A DNA stretch of 64,000 nt from contig CAVQNT010000006.1 in NCBI GenBank assembly GCA_963714275.1, positions 288,001 to 352,000 on the forward strand, given 5' to 3'. The DNA is from Candidatus Bathyarchaeota archaeon (lineage in GTDB: Archaea; Thermoproteota; Bathyarchaeia; Bathyarchaeales; DTEX01). Positions within the stretch are counted from its first letter, which is position 1. Each line of letters starts with the position of its first letter. Below, in pieces: positions 52,816 through 64,000 of the stretch. A model generated the notes under the pieces. That model worked only from the letters and a program-made list of their open reading frames with translations. It did not search any database and was not told where the DNA came from. Position numbers and translations under genes: made by a program.

Positions 52816-54574
52816 GCGTCCAACTTCCAGAACTTGTTACTGTCGCTCGTTGTCTCGATGAAGCTTCAGGCGTTTTGAAGCAGATTGCTTCTAACGCACA
52901 GGGTTCTATGGGTGAGGTTCAAACTGCTGCTAATAAGGTTGAAGACGCCCACAAAAAGATGAATTCTGGGCTTAAAGACGTAGTCACGGGGTTCAGTGGA
53001 GTTGCGACGTCAGACTTTTGCCCTTTACAACGCTTATGATCGTGTCCAAGATATGCAGGTCTCTGTCGACAAAGCGAACCTTTCTGTTAAGGTGAGCCTG
53101 AATTCCGTTGAGGATGCTCAGACAAGGCTTAACACAGCAGTTGAAAAATATGGTCCTGACAGCGCTCAAGCTCAGTCAGCAACTAAGGATCTTGCTCTTG
53201 CTCAGGAACGTTATCAGGTGGCGACTGAACGTGCTGAGATGGTTCAGGGTAACATGAACGAGACGATGGTTTCATCTGCATTATCTGTCATGCCGATCGC
53301 TATAACCATGATTACGAGTGTAAGCACAGCTATCTCAGGAATGAGCGCTGCAACTGGAGACTTTAAGTGGCGCAATGACTTTTCTCTCAGCTAATCCGAT
53401 TGTGTTAGTTATCGCTGCAATTGCAGCGTTAGTCGTTGGTTTGATCTGGGCATATAATAATGTTAAGCCTTTTCACGATGCTGTTAACCAGCTCGGCGAA
53501 GCTTTAAGCAACGCCCTTAAGCCTGCGATTGACGCTGTGATGAATGCTCTTACATGGCTGTGGAACAACGTAATATCTCCCCTTATCGGAGTCTTCAAGA
53601 CTCTATGGGACACAATCACGAATAACCCGATTTTAGCGGTGTTGTTCGGTCCAATAACGACAATTACATTTCTACTTACGCATTGGGCGGAAGTAACTCA
53701 GGTTCTCGGTCAAGTCTGGAACTCAATCTGCAGCGGGTTGAAGACTGTTTGGGATAGCACCGCTGGCTTCATAATTAATAGCTTAACAACTTTTGTTAAC
53801 TCTATTCAAAGCATATTCAACTTCTTGTTTGGATGGCTTGTTGGCGGAAGCCTTTGGACAAACCTTTGTAACAGCCTTTCCTCTGTCTGGACGAATGCTC
53901 TTCAGGGCATCCTGAATTTTGGACAAACCATAACAAGCGGTTTGATGAGTGCTTTTCAAGGTTTAGCGTCTGGGCTTAGCGGTGTCTGGAGTTCGATTGT
54001 CGGCGGAGCGCAGAGTGCGGTAAGCAGCATAGGGACTGCTTTGTCAAACATCGGCTCCTCTGTTAACTCTGCTTGGAATAGTCTGCAAAGCTTGGCGTCT
54101 AATGCGGTCTCAACAGTTAGTAGCACGATCTCTAACGCTGTTTCCACGGTTTCTAATGCAGTTTCATCCTTAATTAATCCAGCCAAGACTCCAACCGTGA
54201 CGACAACGACGTCTCCCGCTGTTGTGGTGAACACGATGTCGACGACGTCGCCTATATCGTCTATTATTGCTCAAGGCGGAGGCATAGCGAAGGGCGCTCT
54301 TATGGTGATGCAGGAAGGTGGCTACGGCGTTGTCGATAGGCCTACCCTGTTTTTGGCTGGAGAACATGAGCCTGAAGCTTACTCTTTCCGTCCCGCAAGT
54401 AAAGGTTCTGAGCCTGTTGAAAGGTCTTTAACGATTAATTTTAGTCCAAACATTCAGGCAGGTCCCGTTTACGGTGTCAGGGGAGTCCGTGAGCTTGCAG
54501 ACCTCTTGTATGAAGAATTCAACAAGAGGATCCGTAACGAACTGAAAAGCAGAACATTGTATTTGGAGAGGTAG
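52812..54574 (+). CDS. Tail tape measure protein, two frameshifts
   Basis: ANPIVLVIAAIAALV, periodic Trp repeats, GG.V.RPT..LAGE..PEA. Confidence 0.85.
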
Positions 54575-54579
54575 AAAAG

Positions 54580-55404
54580 TTGACTGTAACCCTAAAGGCT
54601 GGAGCGAATAGTCTCGAGTTAGGTGTTGTCCGAGGGCTTCCCTTCACTCATGTAGGCCGTATTGCAGAGGTTGACCTTCCTGGCGCACGTGGATCAGGCA
54701 GGCAGGACCTTGGCAAAGAACCTATGAGAATAACGCTTTCAGGCGCCTTGACTGGTGATGACCGCTACGAAAACTTTGATCAGCTCGAAAGGTATAGAGG
54801 CCTTGGTTACGGCTTAAAGCTTAAAAGTCCATATCTCAACACGGTTGCTTTTTTGGATAGCGTTAACCTTGCGGGCATCAGGAAAACGGTATTGGACTAT
54901 AGTCTCAGGTTAACTGAAAGCAAGTTTAAAAGTCTTGACACCTGCGACACAAAGGATCAGTGGCATTCGGACGACGGTGGAGATCAGACTATTGAGAACG
55001 CTGATCCCTTGCCGAAGGAAGGCGAATACTGCTTCAAACACACGGAGACCGCTGACCAGTTCTGGATTTACGATGATTTCGACATTGTAGATTTATCGAA
55101 TTATGATTACGTTGCGTTCTGGTTCTACGTGAACCGCATAGACATGACTTCTCTCGAATTACGGCTTTATAATGACGAGAATAACACTTGGCTGAGTTAC
55201 GATTTTCTGCCTTTAATCACGGAAGCTAACAAGTGGTATCGAATCCTTCTTCACAAGTCCGAATTCACGGTTCATTATGGTGGAGAACCTCCAGAAGAGG
55301 TCCCGTTCGACTGGAGCGCCCTAGAGGAATTCTTTTTTGAGTTTACTAGAGCGGGTTCTCAAGAGATGGTTTTCTGTTTTGACGATTTGGGAGCGTATGA
55401 GTAG
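54580..55404 (+). CDS. Putative distal tail protein with C-terminal carbohydrate-binding-like domain
   Basis: Follows tape measure; LPGARG..QDLG..ITLSG; acidic aromatic beta domain. Confidence 0.55.
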   Translation: MTVTLKAGANSLELGVVRGLPFTHVGRIAEVDLPGARGSGRQDLGKEPMRITLSGALTGDDRYENFDQLERYRGLGYGLKLKSPYLNTVAFLDSVNLAGIRKTVLDYSLRLTESKFKSLDTCDTKDQWHSDDGGDQTIENADPLPKEGEYCFKHTETADQFWIYDDFDIVDLSNYDYVAFWFYVNRIDMTSLELRLYNDENNTWLSYDFLPLITEANKWYRILLHKSEFTVHYGGEPPEEVPFDWSALEEFFFEFTRAGSQEMVFCFDDLGAYE

Positions 55405-55422
55405 GTTTCATGGTGATTAAAA

Positions 55423-56141
55423 ATGACAAGATATGTAAATGAAGATGCTGAAACGAAGGTTCAAGTTCTGGATAGTAATGGAAACCCAGCGACTGGAGCA
55501 ACGGTTCTCTACAAAATATATGATGAGGCAGACGTGCTTTTCGATTCTGGTTCGATGAGCCATATTGCAGACGGCATTTTTACTTTACAGTGGACACCCG
55601 ATGCTGTTGGCGAGTGGACTTTCGAAGCTTACAGTAATAATCCTAAGTTCAGAGATTCAAAGGTTTACAAGATTGAGTCTATCTTAGCTTTCAAGCATAA
55701 ACCAGACATCTGGGACACTCACGAACCACCAGACCAAAATACATGGTATACCCCGCTCGACGTTAGTGGCGGAGCAAGAGTTAAACTGATAGCGATGGAG
55801 CAAACAAACGATGAATCCAGCGACCAAAAATATTGAGTGGGAGTTTACAATAGACGGCGTGGTTGTCACTGACACTTTAGCATCGGAACATGGCAAGTAT
55901 TACTCGTTTGTTACAACTTATCACGGTGGCATAGAGCCTATTGAGGGATATGAACAAGTGGCTGACGTTCGGAGTTCAAAAAAGAGATTGGGTATCTTCT
56001 GAACCCTACGAAATTGAGTCTTCAGAAGGATTTTCAGAAATGCACGCATTCAAATTTAGATACCGTATGACTTCAGCACCAGGCACAAACCAAGAGATGC
56101 ACTGCGTAATTGTCTATGATAAATTGGAGAGGGAAAGCTAA
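55423..56141 (+). CDS. Putative tail adhesin, paralog 1, frameshifted
   Basis: N-terminal Ig-like domain shared with the next gene. Confidence 0.55.
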
Positions 56142-56909
56142 ATGGTGAGATATGCACACGCCGATATTACTACAAAGATTCAAGTCTTAGATTCTGATGG
56201 AACCCCAGCTAACGATGCAACGGTGAACTGGAAAATTTACGATCCAAGTAACGAACTGTGGGACGATGGCGCAATGACATACATCACGGGTTCTAACGGG
56301 TTATATAGGCAATTATGGCATCCTAACTCGGCAGGAGAATGGATTTTCGAAGCTTACAGTAATAACCCAAAATTCCACCAAAGCTTCGCTTACCACGTAA
56401 CAAATTTTGACGCTCTCGTATGGACATTCCACAAAAACGAAGAATGGGAAGTCCAGATGTGGCCACCACCGAGCAATTGGGCGAACCTTTTGGAAGGCGA
56501 AGGAGGCATTAGACCTTACATCATTCAATTCTGGTGGGACAATGATGAACACGGTCCAGCCCGAACTTTCAGCATTAGCGTCATCATTGACGGCATAGAA
56601 CAGGGGAATCAGCAAGACCTTGAAACAAACACTCCACAACACACTTATTACCTGAAATTGAACGCTAACTTTCAGCCCCAGTTTGTATGTGACGCTGACG
56701 ACGAATTCACGACATTTGGTCCAACAGCGGGATACGGTAGTCCAGGCGGCGGCATACACGTTTCTGATAACCCGTTTGAATGCCATACTATTGTAATCAA
56801 AATTTGCTTTGACGACCCTGAAGGCGCTGGAACTAATCCTGTTGCTTATGCAAGTGTCTTCTATCAAACTTTAGACCCCGTTACCTATGGCGAAGGTTAT
56901 CAAGATTAA
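56142..56909 (+). CDS. Putative tail adhesin, paralog 2
   Basis: QVLDS.G.PA..ATV..KIYD..GEW.FEAYSNNPKF shared with the previous gene. Confidence 0.55.
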   Translation: MVRYAHADITTKIQVLDSDGTPANDATVNWKIYDPSNELWDDGAMTYITGSNGLYRQLWHPNSAGEWIFEAYSNNPKFHQSFAYHVTNFDALVWTFHKNEEWEVQMWPPPSNWANLLEGEGGIRPYIIQFWWDNDEHGPARTFSISVIIDGIEQGNQQDLETNTPQHTYYLKLNANFQPQFVCDADDEFTTFGPTAGYGSPGGGIHVSDNPFECHTIVIKICFDDPEGAGTNPVAYASVFYQTLDPVTYGEGYQD

Positions 56910-59186
56910 TGTCGCACATAACCGCTATCGAAGAAGATGAAGCGGACATTACTGTCCAAGCGTTAACCAAGTTTACGACCTCTTTAGTTGTGCCGAGAGG
57001 AATCTTCACTGACAACTTTGAGGGCGAAAACGATCATCCGCCTGACCACGGAAAATGGATCAGGTTCATTTCTGGCGACCAGTTAAGCGGACAGGGTTAC
57101 GGAGAGAAACGCTGCGACATCCAAGGTGGAAGGCTTCGGATGGCAATGAACGGTGACGGAGAAGGAGAAGGGTATTTCTGGCTTAACTGCATGACCCGTG
57201 CGGAGTTTAAGACGCCTTTTAGCCTTTCATTTCAGGTAACGATTGAGCATAACGAGGGTCAATGCGGAAACCACTTTATGTTTTCTTTCGTGGATCCAGA
57301 CCCAAACCGTGGATTCTTGTTAATAAGCAAACTTTACGGAGAAGTCGCAACTGCACTGTGGGCTTTCGACGAATATGACGGGACTGATTACTGCTGGGTG
57401 CTTAATTGTTCTGGTGGCATGATTATTAGCGGAGAGAACGCTTGGGAGCCTGACCGCGTTTACAACGTTTCCCTCGTTCCCGACCCTACTGATTCTCATT
57501 CGACAATTCTCACTATTACAGACAACGAAACTGGCGACGTGAAGTTTTCGACAAATCAAAACTTGGTGGATCCGCAAGTCAAATATTTACGGGCGATGTT
57601 CAGCGTTTACGAGTGGGCTGAAACCTTCACGGCGTTCACAGTGTTTTATGTTGACAATTTTAGCGTTGTGAGAGCAACAAGCAAAAAGGCGAAGGCTGTT
57701 GTCAGCATCTCGCATTCTGTCCCGGAAGGCGGTGGAGACGTTGGAAACATTCAGGAAAATAATGATGAGCTTGCAGCTATTTCGTTTTATGGTCAAAGGT
57801 TCACTCAGCCAGAGGATGGAAATTTTGTTTCAATCAATTTTTGGTCTACTGGCGGTCAGGATGTTCGTGTTGCATTGTATAGTAGCGCTGGAAACATACC
57901 TGGTTCTGCCTTAACTGACGTTTATGAAATTGAAGGCACAGCTGTAGGTTGGAACCAGCTTGTAATTGACGGGGTTGGATTAGATGAAGGCATTGATTAC
58001 TGGATTGTTTTTGATATGAGTGCTGGAGGCGGAGTCTGCTTTAGTGGTGATGGTGGAAATCGGGCTTTCATTGAGGACGGCTGGCATTATGGTGATCCGT
58101 TTCCTGACCCTTGGGCTGGAGGAGACTTTGACACTGGCTATCAAGCTGAGGTTTTCTGGAGTTACGAGATTGAAGCTCACACGGACACTTTCATTGGAAG
58201 TGATGATGTTAACGATATTACCGTGAATCTTCGGGATGGCTGTTATCCCTCAGCTTCAGTTGTCTTGGATAACAAACACGGGCAATACGACGACGTCAAT
58301 ATCATGGACGAGATTGAGATCCGAGCTGGCTGGGATCATATTTTGTGGCTGCTTTTCAGGGGCTACGTTGACATTCCAGAATTCAGTTTTCCTCCTGCAA
58401 CCATAGAGATCTCGAGCAGCAAAGGGTATGCTTCAGTCTCTCGAGTTTAGGGAAACAGATGAGGAATCTTGGCCAGATACTAACTCTGCGTCTATCGTGC
58501 GGAACCTGATAGATTATTATAGTAGTTCTCATTTTTCGCCTGACTGGATTAATGAAGGTATAGAGATCAGCCTTGACAGCGACGATGAGCCAGTCAGCGA
58601 TGTCTTGAAGAAAGTTGCGGAAATGAATGGCTACATCGTTTACGTGGACTTTAACAAAGCAGTCAATTTTGTTGACCCTAACGATGATACTACACAGAGT
58701 AATCTCCGAATTTCTAAAGCAGAGGACATTGTGAGCATAAAGAACAGGCTTGTTGACTCAATTGTGAACAGGGTTACGGTGAAGGGCGCAGAAGACAATG
58801 TTACGGTTGATGATGAGGATAGTGAAGATACTTATTGGCGCCGGGATAGGACCTTCACTGATGAGAAGCTAACAAGCCAAGCAGCAGTCAACGCAAGGGC
58901 TGATGAGCTTCTCGACAAAATGAAAGACCCATACAGAGAAGTCCCGATTGTTCTCCCCGAATTCTATCTGCTGGAACTGAACGATATTTTGACTGTTTAT
59001 TGTGATGCAGTCGGCTTCACCGACCCTGATGAAGGCGAACTGATAACGGTGAAGGGTGTAACCTACAATTATAATCCTTCTGGGCTTCGGACACAGATTA
59101 ATGGGTTAAACAGGGGCTTCGTTGTCTCTGATGTTCTTAGTGATCATGACAAAAAATTGAGAGGGGATCTCCTAAATGGTTGGTAG
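56909..59186 (+). CDS. Tail tip/baseplate hub-like protein with N-terminal adhesion-like domains, frameshifted
   Basis: LDNKHG..IEIRAGW..LFRGYVD..NRVTVKG hub-like pattern in the C-terminal half. Confidence 0.6.
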
Positions 59187-59911
59187 GATGCAGCACGGGA
59201 CGATTCATTACACGGCGACGGAGATCCAAGCGATGGCTGGAGGAGGTCCAGGCGGTGGAGCTGTGCCGATCGGCGCGATTTTCATGTGGAGCGGGACTTT
59301 GCTTACAATTCCGTCAGGTTATCAACTGTGCGACGGCACAAATAGCACTCCTGACCTGAGAAGCAAGTTTGTTAAGGGAGCTGCTGCAGCCCAGAACCCA
59401 GGAGGGACAGGGGGAGGCACAACTTACGGTCATTCTAACGGAGCAGTCACAAGGGGGACGGCTGGAGTAACCGTCAACAATGAATCTTCTCACACTCACA
59501 GTATGCCCGCTAACACGGGCGCTGGGACTGCTCATACTCACGCAAAAGGAACGAGCTGCTGTAACGCCTACTACGCATAGCAGCCAGGGCGGACATACCC
59601 ATGATAACCACACGGGAACTTCAAGCAAGCTTGGTTCGTCCTCAGGGACTCCTTGGACAGCTCCAACGACCCACAACAATCAGGGGAGCTCACACTCACG
59701 ACAACCACGGTTTAACTTGGGGACCTGCTGACGAATCTTCTCACACGCACCCAATAGGCGGAAGCACGTGGCGCAGGATCCGCTCACAGTCACGGTGTAA
59801 CTGAGCCTAACGCTGGACGCTGGGCATGATCACGGTTTTACTCAGCCAAGCGACCATACGGGCGTTGAGCCTTCGTATTATGCTGTCGCATTCATTATGA
59901 GGTTGACCTAA
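59176..59911 (+). CDS. Tail fibre with collar domain and HxH repeats, frameshifted
   Basis: PIGAIFMWSG..IPSGYQLCDG..TPDLRSKFVKG, HTH/HSH repeats, PSYYAVAFIM. Confidence 0.8.
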
Positions 59912-60085
59912 AAATGTCTGAGACGATTGAGGAACATGAAGCTGAAATTATCAGGGGATTCTTAGAGGAAGCTCGGGAGATTCAAAGGAAATACGGGGTT
60001 AACAAGTCTGAAGCCTTAGAAATAATGATCATTTTTGAGCTCGAAAAAGATTCATAGCCACCTTGACGATTCGGAGGGTTCTAAA

Positions 60086-60350
60086 ATGACTGCTTGGGGA
60101 AGCAAGAGAAGCAGGCTTGAAATTTACTTGGACATCCTGAAGGTTTTGCGGAAGGGAGAATCAAGGCCTACGCGGATAATGTATCAGTCAAACTTATCAT
60201 GGAAGCCATTGATGAAGATTCTGGACAGTTTAATAAAGCAGGAAATTGTCGAAGCAACTCAAGATCAACTTTCACAATGTTTACCGCTTAACCAAAAAAG
60301 GCTTTGACGTTCTCGAATATTTCAAAAATGCAGAACTGGAGACTAACTGA
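60086..60350 (+). CDS. Archaeal winged-helix regulator, frameshifted
   Basis: KRSRLEIYLDIL..PTRIMYQSNLSW. Confidence 0.75.
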
Positions 60351-60352
60351 AA

Positions 60353-60713
60353 ATGAAACATATTGACCTCAGTGAACTCGTGAAGGGAGACCTTATCAGT
60401 GTTGACTGGTTTGACGCAAGCAGGGGACAGGCTCTTAACGATCCGTGGAAGGCTGGATATCCCCGTTTACAGTTGGGGAATCTATCTTGGAATCCTTGGA
60501 CAAAAAAGAAGGCATATTGTTCTCGCTCAAAACAGCTTCAAACTTAACAACGAATTCTACGATGTCGATTACACCTGCATTCCTGTGAGCTTCCTTGACG
60601 GTGTAACGGTAATCCACAAAGCTGAGATTACGCCTGACGTCGCTGAGCTGCTGTTGTTGAGTTTCACTTCTGGCCGTAGGCGCATAATCAAGAGGAGAAC
60701 CCTAAATGCCTAA
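60353..60713 (+). CDS. Hypothetical viral protein, frameshifted
   Basis: GDLISVDWFDAS..SWGIYLG..HIVLAQN..IP. Confidence 0.55.
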
Positions 60714-60915
60714 ACCTGAGAAAGAGCCACGGATAACAATTAAGAATCTCGGCATCAAGGTAGGGACTGCTGACTACCGTTTCCTTATTGCCCTGATCCT
60801 TGTGTTAGGCCTTGTAATTGTTCTCGTTAGGGGAGACGTGCAAAGCGCTCAAGTCCTTGTGCCCTTGGTTCTTCTTGCGGTTGAATGGTATTTCAAGGAC
60901 AAACTGAAAAGGTGA
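60706..60915 (+). CDS. Small two-TM membrane protein (holin-like topology)
   Basis: Two hydrophobic helices and a basic C-terminus. Confidence 0.4.
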   Translation: MPKPEKEPRITIKNLGIKVGTADYRFLIALILVLGLVIVLVRGDVQSAQVLVPLVLLAVEWYFKDKLKR

Positions 60916-60922
60916 TTGATGT

Positions 60923-61418
60923 ATGCCGAAGGGTAAGCCTTGGACTAATGAGGAAGAAAAGCACTTCGGGAATTAGTTGAACAAGGTAAGTCTATTAATG
61001 TAATTGCTGGAGTTCTGGAAAATCGAAAGATAGCTATCAGGGTGAAACTGAATCGATTAGGTTAATAAAAGTAGTAGATCACACCGAATTCACGCAAGAT
61101 CAACTACTTCTCGTTTAAGTATCCCTGATGACCTGCCAAGCGTTGAGGAAGCTTTACAGACTTTGTGTGATGCTTTAGACGCTCTTGACAGCCAGGGTCT
61201 TGACCAAACTGAAGTTTTACGGTTACGAACTATCATTCAAGGCATTAAGATCTACAAGGAGCTTTTTGCGGACTACGTCAACTACCGTGAGATTGAAGCG
61301 AAAATTGATGAAGATGGAGGAAGATTATGAGCGTCTCGCAGCCGCAAGCCAAAAGCTTGGCGCCAAAACCAGCTGTTCCAAGGTGGTTCAAGGCTTCAAA
61401 CAAAGCGGACAATGTTGA
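60923..61418 (+). CDS. HTH protein, candidate terminase small subunit, multiply frameshifted
   Basis: MPKGKPWTNEEE.. HTH start, LPSVEEAL; directly upstream of the large subunit. Confidence 0.5.
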
Positions 61419-62780
61419 AGAATCTAAGATCGCACAGGCTGAAGAAGCTCAGCAACGACCCTATAATCTTTTTTGAGCAAGTCGTGGGATTCAAACCCAC
61501 GTCTTACCAGGTTGACTTCATTAAGATGTTTCAAGAGAAACAGTTTATTGCAGCCCGGTGGTGTCGACAGTCAGGCAAAAGCTGGATAATCTCAGCGTTG
61601 CTTTTGTGGTATGCTCTTACTCATGATGATAGTTACATCGCTGTTGTTGGTCCTTCGTGGAGACAGACGAAGCTCATCATCAGGCGCATAACCTATTTTC
61701 TGCGTAAAGTCCCTCCTGGAATGTTCACGAAGCCCCTGAAGACAGTGATCAGGTTCACGAATGGAAGCTGCATAGAAGCTTTCCCGAATAACCCTGACAC
61801 TATCAGAGGTCCTACGCTTCAAATCGTGTATTGCGATGAAATGAATTTTATCCGTGATGATGAAGAGCTCTATGATGCTTGCCTGTTTACTCTTGGCACG
61901 ACTAACGGAAAGTTTGTGTGCAGCAGCACACCATGGAACACTGACAGCATTTTTTACAAGATTTTTAACCACAAAGACTACGAAGACTTTGCTAAAAGCC
62001 ATGTTACCTGGCATGATGCTGAGGAGCCTAATGGACCTTTAAAGAAGAACATTCTGGACAAGATCCGTAAACAGTTCGCTGAGGATCCTTGGCGTTGGAA
62101 GCGAGAGATGGAGGCAGATTGGGCTGAAGACGAAAATGTTTGGCTACCTCAATCTTTGATAACAAAATGTATAGGCACAGAACGGTCTTGCGGTGAAGAT
62201 CTTGACCTTGCTAATCCTGACGTCGGGTTACAAGGGGACGGTATTACGGTGGGCTGGACTTCGGTAAACATGGAGACTACACAGCCTTCACAGTTATCGA
62301 TAGCGTAGGCGACAAATTCTTGCTTAGATTTCTGAAGATATGGCCACTTGAGACGCCTTACGCTTCAGTCATCGGCTTCGTTAAGCAGATTCAGGACCGC
62401 TGGAGCAACTTCATAACGATTCGTGCAGACCAAACAGGAATAGGCGACTACATCGTTGAGGACATGAAGAACGGCGGAATCCAGAATGTTGAAGGAGTCA
62501 CCTTTAGCCTTCCACGTAAACAGGAGATGGCGAGCCTTCTCAAACAGAGGATGATGGACGCAAATTCTATTATCCCTATTTCACTTGGGACAAGCCTTAC
62601 CGCAGCGAATATGTTGCGGAGTTGAATGTTGAAAGGTTCAGCCTAAGGAAAGACGGAACTATCGTTCTTAATCATCCTCAAGGCACCCATGACGACGTCT
62701 TTTGGTCGACAGCTCTCGCTTTGTATGCTACTGTTGAGATGAAGCCTATTGATCCTGACGGTTTCAGGTTCGGAGGATAA
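61412..62780 (+). CDS. Terminase large subunit, frameshifted
   Basis: RQSGKS Walker A, YCDEM Walker B, SSTPW, nuclease GLDFG, DQTGIG, HDDVFW. Confidence 0.9.
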
Positions 62781-62802
62781 CGGTAAAGGAGTATAACGGT
62801 AG

Positions 62803-63290
62803 ATGGTTGAGCGACTTCACAATTACGAGATTCAAAATGTTATCACGGGTTTCTGGGCGCTTGAGAGACCTCACGGCAAATACCGCTGGGTTTACCCTAA
62901 CAGTTTACTGCAACGTCTTTCAAGCCTCATAGACTTCGATGACAAACAGATCTTGCACCTTTTTTGTGGGTCCTCAACTTTCGGAACCGTTAGAGTAGAC
63001 ATTAATCCTGATGTGAAGCCTGATCTCAATCGTTAGATTTAAGCAAAGAAGAACTACCTTTCTCAGATGATTCATTCGACGTCGTAATTGCGGATCCTCC
63101 CTACGTGGATTTTAAGCCTTACTGTTTTGTTGATGAAGCAGTCCGAGTTTTGAAACCACAAGGATTCCTAATTATCCTGCATTGGCTTGCCTACAAGACA
63201 CCTGATAAGACGTGAAACGGTGGGCTTGCATCGGCATATCTTCAGGTCCTAACATGCGAGTTCGCTGCTGCAACATTTTCCGCAAAATGA
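62803..63290 (+). CDS. Amino (N6-A/N4-C) methyltransferase-like protein, frameshifted
   Basis: LHLFCG, RVDINP, VVIADPPY, RVLKP. Confidence 0.7.
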
Positions 63291-63293
63291 AGG

Positions 63294-64000
63294 GTGAAGA
63301 TGAAAGATCTAAGAATCCACAAATTCAGGCGCCTTTATGACAGGTCAACGGGCAAGTTTACGGTTGACATCAGATATTCAACACGAGCTGACATCACTCC
63401 TAGGACTATCGGGGTTGCTGAAGCCTTCGGACTGGGCATTGACGAAGCAAAACTGCACGTCATCTACGATAACGCCGAATTCCAGATTAGAACATCAGAC
63501 ATCGTTTACATCACTGGCGAAAGCGGATCTGGAAAGTCTGTTCTGCTTAGAGCTTTTGAAAAGGACCTGGGAGACGAAGCTCTTAACATTGACAGCCTCA
63601 CGGTGGATCCTGACAAGCCCCTTATTGAAACGGTTGGCAGGGACCTGAATGAAGGTCTCGAGCTTTTGAGCCGAGTAGGACTTAACGACGCTTACCTGTT
63701 TCTCAGGAAATACCGTGAGGCTCAGCGATGGACAGAGATACCGTTACCGAATTGCTAAGCTCATCGAGTCAGAAAAACAGTTCTGGATAATGGACGAGTT
63801 CTGTGCAACCTTAGACCGTGAGACTGCGAAGATCGTAGCCTTCAACGTTCAGAAACAAGCCAGGAAGACAGGAAAGGCTGTTATTGTGGCAACTACGCAC
63901 ACGGATCTCTTTGAGGACCTTGCACCTTCCGTTCACATTCATAAGGGCTGGGGGAAACGTCTCGAAGTCAACTATTATCCTAACAAGATTAACGCTGTCT
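63294..64000 (+). CDS. Virus-associated soluble ABC ATPase (truncated by window; frameshift near 63720)
   Basis: GESGSGKS, LSDGQRYR, MDEFCATLDR, VATTH. Confidence 0.8.

Larger units (their letters stand above)
22030..64000. mobile_element. Integrated tailed archaeal provirus (Caudoviricetes, siphovirus-like) with cargo blocks; left end approximate, continues past right edge
   Basis: Co-oriented portal, protease, capsid, neck, tail tube, chaperone, tape measure, fibre and terminase genes from 32.9 kb; short virus-like ORFs at 22.1-23.7 kb; no att site or integrase seen, so membership of 22-32 kb is inferred. Confidence 0.75.

Noticed and set aside
55423-59911. Diversity-generating retroelement acting on tail adhesins
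   Set aside because: No reverse transcriptase and no TR/VR pair differing at adenines was seen; the shared sequence is N-terminal.
260-64000. Dozens of frameshifts suggesting mass pseudogenisation or a decayed provirus
   Set aside because: Breaks are single-base indels that affect host, cargo and viral genes alike, with catalytic motifs intact and in-frame stops rare. This fits long-read error, so provirus integrity cannot be judged.

Overview
Archaeal window, most likely Bathyarchaeia (inferred from gene content, frequent TTG/GTG starts and an eL22-like protein). Single-base indels split many genes, including ordinary host genes, which points to uncorrected long-read errors. 1-21.9 kb is host chromosome: DUF373, uppS, ychF, dapF, GH42 beta-galactosidase, asnS, kdgK-eda, mrp/hypA, hypE. 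From ~22 kb to the window end lies a tailed, siphovirus-like provirus: portal, DUF2213 protease, scaffold, decoration protein, an encapsulin-like HK97-fold capsid protein, neck and tail genes, a tail chaperone with a -1 slippery site, tape measure, adhesins, terminase, a DPPY methyltransferase and an ABC ATPase. Two blocks of cellular cargo interrupt or flank it. Block 1 (23.7-32.1 kb) holds a P-type H+-ATPase, the eL22-like protein, HtpX and an apparent Zwf-Gnd fusion. Block 2 (38.9-49.6 kb) holds a PadR/ABC exporter and an arsR-acr3-arsM locus with a divergent GcvH-DGC-DGC-OsmC-CcdA-thioredoxin cluster. A recurrent CTAGCTAG/TAGCTCA-type motif marks many cargo-gene junctions and is the best candidate for an undescribed gene-capture mechanism. 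All calls come from reading motifs by eye; no database searches were run.
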